Of a DNA stretch of 64,000 nucleotides, positions 18,798 through 29,700 are shown one piece after another. Each line of letters begins with the position of its first letter. Positions within the stretch are counted from its first letter, which is position 1. The position numbers and the translations under genes were made by a program. The notes beneath the pieces were generated by a model, which was not told where the DNA came from, did not search any database, and was given only the letters and a program-made list of their open reading frames with translations. The stretch is from a virus. The stretch lies in the IMG/VR virus record IMGVR_UViG_3300042309_002320, positions 37,116 to 101,115 of that record; one strand, 5' to 3'.

Positions 18798-20777
18798 CTA
18801 ATGATCTCTATAACTTTGTCCTATATTACATTGTTGGTATACCCAACTGATACTACGAGAATATCGTCCAGAATTTGGGTTCCAATTTTCATTATCACTG
18901 GATATATACACCAAACCTAAAGTTTGTAATGGCTCATTAAATAATGGACTAGAAGAATACGGCCTATGAGCCTCAATAACTTGCTCAATAGCCTTAAATA
19001 AATAGTTATTATAATGTAATGGACATTTTGGATTATTCAATGATATCTCATCAACTGATGATGCCGGAGGTATGGCTATTTCTATATTAATTGTCTTTTT
19101 GGGGGTAGTTCTTCCGGTTCTTTGTATAATTGGTCCTAATGCTCTGCCAATAACAAAAGTTTCTGCTGTACTATCCACAGGATTATCGTATGATACGGTA
19201 ATATTTTCACTAATAACACCAGGAATCAATAGTTGTTTATTATTAAACTCATAACTATAATTAATTGTGCCTTTTTTTGGATCAAAAGATTCACTAGTAG
19301 ACACAGGAACAGCACTCAATAAATTTTCTGTACTAAATATAGGATTATTTGGTAATGATGGCGGGTCGGTAACATAAGCTGGAATATAAGGAACTTTTCT
19401 ATCGGAACTATTTATTCCAAGACTAGCTCTTCTATATAGATAAGGCTTAATATGATTTGTCCATGCGTTTAACGCATTTTCTATTTTTGTACTTTTAATA
19501 TTTTGGCTAGGTGGATATTGAGGTGGTATTGGAAAAGCGGATGAGGCCGTGTCTGTGCTATTATAGGCTTGTGTATTAGTTTTATCCAACATATTATTCG
19601 CATAAGATAAATCCAATTTTGCATCTATAAGCCCATCATTGCCTATGCCTGTTGGAAGAACGCCACTTTCATGTTCCATTATATCTTGGTTTACGATAGC
19701 TAATCCTTCTATATTACCAGCAACTCTTACTGTTTTAACATAATCTTCTCCAGTTGAACATTCTATAGTATATGTTTCAGTATATGGGATACCGCTAGGC
19801 ATAGCTAACCATGTATCATTAGCTTCATACGTTCCATTAAAAATATCCATATTTATTGTTCTGTTATGATTAAAAGCAAATAAATTTTGCTCAAATGGTA
19901 TTTTTATATATGGCGAGCTATTTGTTGTGCTTCCACTAAATGTATTTTTTGACATTTTTTCTACCCAAGCTTTGGCGAGAACATACGGCTTGGTATTTTC
20001 GTCAAGCAAACCAGTAGCACAAATTTGATTTTTAGGGGGCAGTATACCTTTTGCAGATAATCTTCTTGTGATTCTAAATTGTGGAATATTAACAATATTT
20101 AGTCCATTTGATAATGGCAATCCTAGATTAATAGGATTATTATCATTAAATAAACCAAGATTAGGATTATGAAACTCTGGCCTCATTGATGGAGAAAAAG
20201 AAACATTGGTATATGATACATCATCCAGTGGCTCAACACTCCAACTATCAGACCTATCCGTTACATATTTTTCTATAACATTATTTGGATCTTCTATTAG
20301 ACTAGAATTTGTTTCTAGAGCTATAGTATAGTCTGCGCTTTGAACCCAATTATCGGCCGTATTACTAAATGACATATCCCTGACAGATAATCCACTAATT
20401 TCATAAAGTATATTATCTTCACATTTAAATTTTAATGTTCCATATGGACAACTAGTAAATAGTTGTTTTAATCCACTAACTCCGGCTATGATTCCACTAA
20501 ATCCTGGAAATGCTTTATCAACATCAACATTAGAAATATTACCTTCAGGAAATCTAAAAATTTTACCATTAAGATTTATGGATGTGACAAGAGTTTCTGG
20601 TAAATTATTATTATTAGCATTTATACTATAGCTGATATCAACAACTGGTACAGGTCCGGTGATGCTATGGATTGGTATATTGTTATATTCTATAATAATT
20701 TTAGGATTATTATTAATAGATTGTATCTGATTTAATTCTTCAGAATTTATTCCATTTATATTTAATTGATTAAACAT
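18798..20777 (-). CDS. Tail structural protein (distal-tail/hub-like), 659 aa
   Basis: Beta-rich, with alternating S/T-aromatic strands (SESFDPKKGTINYSYEF; ENWNPNSGRYSRSISW). Lies upstream of the tail-tip genes. Confidence 0.5.
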   Translation of the reverse strand: MFNQLNINGINSEELNQIQSINNNPKIIIEYNNIPIHSITGPVPVVDISYSINANNNNLPETLVTSINLNGKIFRFPEGNISNVDVDKAFPGFSGIIAGVSGLKQLFTSCPYGTLKFKCEDNILYEISGLSVRDMSFSNTADNWVQSADYTIALETNSSLIEDPNNVIEKYVTDRSDSWSVEPLDDVSYTNVSFSPSMRPEFHNPNLGLFNDNNPINLGLPLSNGLNIVNIPQFRITRRLSAKGILPPKNQICATGLLDENTKPYVLAKAWVEKMSKNTFSGSTTNSSPYIKIPFEQNLFAFNHNRTINMDIFNGTYEANDTWLAMPSGIPYTETYTIECSTGEDYVKTVRVAGNIEGLAIVNQDIMEHESGVLPTGIGNDGLIDAKLDLSYANNMLDKTNTQAYNSTDTASSAFPIPPQYPPSQNIKSTKIENALNAWTNHIKPYLYRRASLGINSSDRKVPYIPAYVTDPPSLPNNPIFSTENLLSAVPVSTSESFDPKKGTINYSYEFNNKQLLIPGVISENITVSYDNPVDSTAETFVIGRALGPIIQRTGRTTPKKTINIEIAIPPASSVDEISLNNPKCPLHYNNYLFKAIEQVIEAHRPYSSSPLFNEPLQTLGLVYISSDNENWNPNSGRYSRSISWVYQQCNIGQSYRDH

Positions 20778-20792
20778 AAAATATGTCCATTA

Positions 20793-23700
20793 TTAAATTG
20801 TTGGTACGCAAGTAGTACTTATATATGTACCTTGTACAGCTGGGTGGCACGGATATATCAATTCATTTGGTTGAGAGCACGAATATCCTTGGTTACAAAC
20901 ACTTTGATATAAGACCCATCTATATGCAGTATAAGGAGATGGAAGAGATTCTAAAACAACAGCTACTTCAGAATCATTAGTGCTTGATAATCCCCCATAA
21001 ACATCACAATAATAGTAACATTCCCCAGCATTCACGGGTGGAGGTGGGGGTGGTGGCGGAGGCGGCGGCGGAGGCGACGATGGCTCATTACATCTACTAC
21101 AATACGATCCACTAGGACCATATACATATAATTCTACAACATGTGTTACATTAGCCCTTAATGGAGTTAAGGCACAATTAGGAGCACAATTACCACAATC
21201 ATTATAGTGGCAAGTCATATGAGTAATTGTAACAGAGGAGCTTAATGGTAAAGAACTACTGGAGGCGGTGTTTAGTGAATCTTTAGGTAATTGACCTGTC
21301 CACGTTACAGCCACCGGGCCTGAACCACATCCAGCATCTTGATAGTATATTTGGTTAAGAGGTTTGATAAATAATATAGCATTTTGATTGCTTTGTAATA
21401 TACCTTTTAGCGAAACTGTTATAGATCCATTTGCATTAGTTACACAATTAAATATACTCAATGGTCCTGTTGCCAATCCTCTTGTTGGGGTCGGAGTTGG
21501 AGCAGGAGTTCTTGTCGGTGTTACAGGATTAGATGATCCGCATGGTCCTGCTAGTACTATACCATTTCCAGAACTATATCGAGGTATATATAATGAGCCA
21601 GTAGTCTGATCGACATCTAAATGTCCAAGATATTGAGGACCTATTTTGTTAATAATAGATCTGTTCTGCTTAGTTTCTAAATTAACGCCAACAACATAAT
21701 TATCCGTTAAATTATTATTATAGGTTATATAATATCCTACTTTATTATTTTTATCTATCTTTAAGAAATTTTCCACGTTATAAGAGGATCCAAGAAGATC
21801 GTTAACTATAGATATGGTACTTAGTAAAGATGGATTTTGTTGATAATACGAAGTTGATTGATTTAATTCATAAATTCTAATAGAGCTTTGTGATCCGGCC
21901 TGTCTAGCATCAAATGAATATAATTTATTATTAAATATATATGGAGTAACTGATATCGATCCAGGAGAAAAATTATTTATGGTCGTAACTGCGTATGTCG
22001 AACCATCTATTATAAACAATGTATGCTCAGGAGAGGCTCCAACATGATTACTAACTACTACATAAATCTTATTATTATTTTCATCAACAGATACATTTCC
22101 ATTGCCAAAAAGTTTATTTAACGAAATTGATGTTTCTATAGTATCTGTTGAGCAATTTATAGCTGTTAGGATTGCATTACTATTAGAATCATATCTCATA
22201 ATAAAAATTTTATTAGTCACACTATTTATTGCTAAGGCTGATGGATGTATTTTGCTTTGCAAAGATATGGTATTAACTAATGAATCTGTTGATCCATTTA
22301 TTACCAGTACAGAGCCATTATTAGGTGTTCCATAATTTATAAGATAAAGTTTATTTAAAGACTCATTAATTATTAAATTACCGAATTCAGCGCCTGCTGG
22401 TCCAGATATCGAGGATGTTATACTTTTAGTTATACTATTTACAACTCTAATTCTATCACTAATTACATCAACAAGATATAATTTTTTACTACTATTATTA
22501 AAGTAACAGCCATAAGCTTCTGTGGTTGGAAATAATACCTCTGTAGAATGAGTACATTGTGTTAAAGGTAATGGTGACGAAGATGGTGTTCTCGTCGGAG
22601 TTCTTGTTGGGGTAACAGACGGAACAACAGCGGCCACGGTTGATGTTGGAGTGACCGTTATTTGAGGAGTTCTAGTTAATGTTATGCTTGGTGTTGGTGT
22701 GGGTGTTGGAACAACACATTCATAACCAGAACATCTTAGTGCTACTCTACCAGCATTATTGTATACAGTATCTACGACCCGTGTTCCTGCATTATTAATT
22801 TGCATAGTTTGAAATATATTCGCGCTACGAATATTATCGCTTAGTTTTTCTTTATATATCCAATTATTATTTACATATTCATATATTATTATTCTTTCAT
22901 TGATAATACTTATAGGATCTTTATGCATAATTGCTAAAATATTATTAGTTTCAGAAATTGCTGCTCTACCATCCTCATTTGTAGCAAAAATAGATGTGAT
23001 GGGAGATCCCTTTAGGGTCCATTGATTATTTATTAGAGTATAAACTTCTACTCTACTTCGTCCGCTAGCCACGAATGTATCATTACTTTTTGCGTCAATA
23101 TACCATAGTATATTACCAGCTGATGGAGAAAAAGATGTACTTATTGTTGCCGATTTAACCCATGCATTATTAATCCAATCATAAACTCTTACTATACCAG
23201 TAGTAATACCAATAAATAATCTACTACCATCAGGACTTAATTTAATATTCGGATAATATCCTACTAAATCAGTAGAATTTTCGCCAAATATTGAGAATCC
23301 TTTTTGTGTCCATGTTCCATTAATAAATTCGTATACTTTAATTTTACCAGCTGTTGCTTGTTCGGCCCCGGTGGAGCCAACATAGTCTGGACTACCAATA
23401 GCAATAGTATTACCGTCACTGCTCATACTTACAATAGAACCTAGACCCTCCCCAGTATTTATTCCTAATATATCTGAACCTTTTTTAGACCAAGATGTAC
23501 CATTCCACATATATACAGTAACTTTTCCTTTATATTGTCCAACAGTAGAATATATACTTGTTGAATGTCTTGGTGTTCCTATCGCTACTGTGGTACCAGC
23601 AGTATCTGTATCTATAGAATCATTACCGCTAAATGCAGTAACAATCTCGGCATTATCTAATGTTATCCTACTAGCTCTTTCGATCCAGGCTGTATTGTTC

Positions 23701-26700
23701 CAATCATATACTACTACCGTATTAACAAATAATCCAGCTATTGTGGATCCGTTTCTACTTAAAGAATATGTTACTAATCCACGATTACTAAGTTGTGGTT
23801 CCAATAGTTCTCCTAATTGTTTGTAAGAGCATACGGGCAACATAGTTGGTGTTGGAGTAACTCTGGGGGTAGATGTAGGAACAGGAGTTCGTGTTGGGGT
23901 AGGTGATGGCGTTGGAGACGGTACTGCTTGACCTATCGGTAATACGCACACACAATCAATCGCTGCTCCAAAGCAACCACAATTAGCGCATGTGCTTTCA
24001 AATCTGATTGTTGTTGTTGTGCTTGAAGCGGTAAAATCTATTATTTCTGCGATCCATCCCATGCTTTCGTATGATTCAAATGTTGTATTGCTAGGATCAA
24101 AAGAGAAATTATATTCTTCAGCATAGGTGCCTGTGATAACAACCTTAAATGTTCTTATAACATTAATATTTCCATAATTATTACCAGATTTTTTAAATGA
24201 TAGTCTATAAACACCATTTACAATCGTTGGTATATTTTGTTCAATATAACCAGGACTACAAGAATTTAAATCAACCCATACTTTAATTGGTTGATTTGTC
24301 CCATAGAAGTGCAACGAATGAACATCAACATTATTGGTTACCCAATTAGCTGCTGTTCCTAAATTCATTGATGGTACACTAATCTCGAAATCACCATTAA
24401 CAACCAAATTATTAGCACAAGATGGACAATCAGGAACCACCGGTATAGTAATTGGTGGAGGACAAACAAAGTTAGTATCGATTTCTTGACCACGTCCAGA
24501 TGATGTTGCACTAGACGGATCTGGTAAATTATTGGATTTGGTGGCATATGTAAAATATGCAGCATTAGCGGATCCGCCAGAATAGTATGCCGCTTTATAC
24601 CATTCATTTTCAGTAGGAATAGCATATTTTGCTGCCGGATTTCTTGTTATCGATGACTGACTCATGTCATACGCGCCATTTTCTGTGATTCCATAGTCAT
24701 TAGAGTCTTTAGAATCTATTTTTCCATTACTAAGCCAATTACAATATCTAGCTAAATCAAACCATGTTATATAATTTACTGGTTTATCTCCCATATTTAA
24801 TTTTGTTGTATAATAATATAAAGAATCTTTTTCGGTGCGTAATATACCTCCTCTAGGATCGTTGCTCATAGCTTCTTTATATAGATTATATCTATCATAA
24901 ACACTAGCAACAGAATTTAAAAATTGTGCATATTCACAATTGGTTAATAGATATTTTTTGATTGCGTATCTATAAACGACAGAGCCGTATCCATTAGTAT
25001 CAGCAACATTATTAACATCATCAATTAATGCATAATTAATAAGATCTAACGATCTAGTATCTCTAACTATTATTCGTCCACCAATAGTAGCATTAGCTGA
25101 TATTGGAGACTGTGGACTTCTATAGCCTGATCCAAGTTCTAGACTATTGGATATCCATGATCCTCCTCTAACAATTCTACTACTACTAACCTGACCCTCT
25201 GTCCATTCATTTAAATTACCAGTTTGATCATACGTTCCATAAAAACTACTACTACCATTTGTTCCGACAGTTGTTACATTACCTGTCTGATCGTTCCACA
25301 CAGCAACAGAACCATAATTAGCAGTTGATACCAAATTGAAACTTGCTGGCGAAGCTGGCTCATTAAATGATTCATTACAAGAAATACATTGTTTTGTTGG
25401 ATAATGTAATTTGTAAAAAATCTCGTATTCATGACATACTATTAAATTATTAAGCTGAATTTGCATAACATCAGTAGTTAATAATGTACAGTTTTCTCTA
25501 TTAGCAGAACTCCAACAATCTTTAATATCTTGATACGATGAAGGAGATGTTTGTATTCTATAATTAATATTTAATCTATTATTTCCTTTTTGTGGCTTTA
25601 GATAATTTTGCTGTATAATATTATCCGATGTTAAGGTTTTAAATGATAAATTTTGTGCAGAAGATCCTGATACTTGTAAACAGCTTTGAGCAACTTGATT
25701 TGTAGCAGCAGCGTATATCCAATCGAGCCATCTTTCTGACGAGCAATTAAATTCTACAAACTGATATTGTAAAGTTTCTACAATATATTCTATAAACTCA
25801 TTAATCCCCGGTTCTATATCGGCCCTATTCATTGAACCGCTTACGTCTACAAATATTAAAATTCTAATTGGGGTCTCTTGATCTGTTTGTTCAATAATCG
25901 GTAAGAAGTGAGTTTCGAATTGTGTTAAAATATCGTTATAAGTTGTTGGTCTACTTACTTTAACCACCCTGTCTGTTCCAAAAGGAAGTTTAGGAACAGC
26001 ATTAGATGGATATATCCATTGTGTACTATCTGCTGGAGCTAATACTATAAATCTTTCAGCATCTACAGCTCCATTTTCTATTAGAGATGTAACATTATTG
26101 GTATCTTCGACCCAGTCTTTTCCTATAGTACCTAGGAGTCCAACATAGTCCGGATTTGCTTCGTCAATAAATATCATGATAAAATCTGTTGGTAAAATAA
26201 CAGCTGGTGGTATGTATATACCAGTTACTTCTGGTCCAATAAATTCGCAATGTTTAGTTAATGTTACTACTCTAAAATCATAATATTCTCCTAATTCTAA
26301 TCCTGTTATAGATGTCGATGCTGTATCTAATATAAAAGCGTCTCTAATCCATGATGATGAACTAGTTTTATACTCTATAACATATCCTTCTATATCTGGA
26401 TACTGTGGTATTTGATCTTCCCAGCTCAACGATACAATATTATCACTAACCTCGTAATTAGTAATTATTGATGATGCTACAGTAGTAGCGCCACACTCAA
26501 CAAAGTCCGGACACTCCAAAATAAATGATTCGGTTCTTGATACTCCACTAGTTTTATCTTTTATGATAGTTTCCAGTATAAATTGTTTTAACTCAACATT
26601 TTTAGTAATGCCAACAAAAGCATTTTGTCTAGTATTAGATGCTTTAAAAGTAAAAAATTCTTTATCTAAATATGCTCTATTACTAAAATCTGCATCTAAG

Positions 26701-29700
26701 CATTTATCTGGTGACGGAGTAGGAGTTGGTGTGGGGGTGACGCTGGGCGTTGGTCCAAATACTGGTAATGTTGGTGGCGGGGTTGTGGGAGGAGAAACTA
26801 AATTGCAATCATAGTCTGTAAATTGTACTTTTCCATCCGGCTTGCCATTACCAAAACCATCTGCTTCTACGCACTGAAATAAATTAGAGAAAGATCTATC
26901 TGGTAAATCAGATTGTGTGGGCCATCTCCAATATCCAGCATTGGTACCTCCTCCTTTATAGTATGCTGCTTTATACCATTCACTATAGCTTGGTAAAAAA
27001 TATTTAGCATTAGCGTTTCTAACAATAGGTTGGTCAAAATTTTCTGCTGTTGTTCTGCCATTAAGTGTATACGCGCCATCTTCTGTTGTTGTATTGTCTT
27101 GGCTACCATTAGGCTTTCCATTGTGTAACCAATTACAAAATCTAGCGGCAGAAAACCAGTTAACAAATACAACTGGTTTATTATTCATAGGCTGCGGTCT
27201 ATTGTTTGCAGAAGTTGTTTTTGAACTATATGTATAATTACCAGACGTTCCACTTCTAACAATACCTCCTTTGGTATTGCTTATCATATTAGTATCGTAT
27301 AATTTATAGATATCTGTTTTTGCTACAGCATTAAGAAATTCTACATATTGACAATTCGTTACTTCGTACTGACCAATTTTATATTCATAAGATACAGCCC
27401 CTACAGGATCTGTGGTAAAAATTGGATTATTAGGATTACCAGCATCTCCAACAGTAACAAAATATGGTAAATTATTAGGATTAGTTAAACTCGCTATTCT
27501 AAATCCATGACTAGCTACTTTTAGTGTCGGATCTTTAGCATGATAGGATGTTTTTGTGTAATCAAGCTCATTATCTGGACTATCAAATCCTCCACCCAGA
27601 CACCATCTTCTCGTTACTTTACGACCACCCACTACCGAAACATGATGTTCTTCTGTCCATTCTTCAGCGTTCCCACCCTGATCATATGTACCATATGCGC
27701 TAGGTCCACCATTAGAGCCAACTGTAGTAACATTACCATTGTCAATCCAAATTGGGCCTTTGGCACATAATTTTAGATTTGCACTATTAGGACCGGGAGG
27801 AAAAGTTAAAGAATATACACTATAAATACCTAAACTATTAACAGCTCGACATGTGATATATAAAATTCTTGGAGTTAATTCGTAGTAAAAAATATTAACA
27901 GGATCGACAGCATCAAAATCTATGGTGTCTTGTACAGTATCGTTGAGTAGATTGATTACAGACAAGGAATTTGAGTCTGTATTACACACATATAATTTTT
28001 TAGCAAAATTAATCAATGCCATAGACGTTGGCGATGATCCAACAGCGATTGTTTTTTCTATGGTTCTTGTTGTTAGATTAAGAACACTAATATTATTACT
28101 AAGATAATTTGTAATATATCCTTTATCATTTAATGCTACAAATGACCATGGTCTTAAACCACTAGAATTAATATTGCTAATAACACTATCGTTAACCGGA
28201 TCTATGATACTAATAGAATTAGATTCTGTATTACAAACATAAATTAAATTATTGTGAAGATACAGGGATCTCGGACCATTCTGTACTGTTATTGATGTTA
28301 TAAATTGATATGTTGTGGCATTAAAAATATTGATAGTAGAATTGGGCGAACTTACTGTGCCAGTATTAGTAACATAAATTTTATTATTTAGATATAGCAA
28401 GCTAGCAGGACTGGTACCGACATTCAATATAGTTTGTATAACAGTGTTATTAGTAGCATTTATAATACTTATACTATTATCATCAGAATTAATAACATAA
28501 ATTCTATTATCTATAGAATTACTAATAATATCAGTTGGGTTATTGCCAACAGATACGGTGCTAAGTTGTGTTTTTGTTGCGAGATCAACAATACTAATAG
28601 TGTCGCTGTCACTATTTGTAACATAAGCTCTTGTTCCAAATAGAAAAGTGGCGCTGTTAGGATTTGATTGAACTGTAACTAACTCCAAATCTTTTATTGG
28701 AGGTAATAGAGGAGGTGGCGGTGGTGGAGGCGGTGGAGGAGGTGGTGGCGGTGGAGGAGGTGGTGGCGGTGGAGGAGGAGGCGGAGGTGGCGGAGGAGGA
28801 GGTGGAGGAGGGGGTGGTGGACTAGCTATCAAAATACTAGCAGCTCCGGTAACATCTAGTCTGCCACCAGTACTAATCGGGGCAGCGCCATTGGTAGCAA
28901 AAGCTGGGGTTGGTATTGCGCTAAAAAGAATAGCGTTTTTAATTTGTGCGGCAGATACGTTTGGAAAAATACTTGCCAATAACGCAACAGCTCCGGCAAC
29001 ATGGGGACAGGCCATACTAGTTCCACTAATAGAAAAATAGTCACCATTCTTCCATGTGCTTAGTATGCCACCTTCTTCAGTCTGGTCTCCTCCTGGTGCT
29101 GCTATATCAACATTAGCTAAGCCATAATTAGAAAATATACTCCTAGCCCCAGTAATAGTCATGCTTGCTACAGATATAATACCATCTGTTCCGCTTGGAT
29201 CGTTCCATGTATAAGAGGATGGATATTTTGGTAATGAATCATTATTTGTTCCATTATTAGCAGCAGCACATACGCTAATTATACCTTGAGCATAAGCGGC
29301 TTTCATAGCATCTAATTGAGATTGAGAAAATGATCCGCCGGCATAACTATGATTAATTACAACAATATTTCTGCCTTTTGGATCATTATTTTTAAATAAT
29401 TGTTTTAATGATGTTGTATAATTTACAGCTAGTATAATTTTAGCCAAACTGCTTGTAAGTTCAAGACTACTACATGGTGGTGGTTTGTCACTTCTACAAG
29501 AGAATATTTTTCCATTCAATAGACTAACTCTTTTACAAACTCCTGTCACTCCCAAATTATTGTCACCAAAAGCTCCTATTGTACCAGCAACATGGGTTCC
29601 ATGACCATTATAATCATTATATCCTTCGTTATTGGTGCTAAAATCTCCTTCTAGATTATTATTAGAATCATATGTGAATCTAAGATTACCAGCTAAATCT

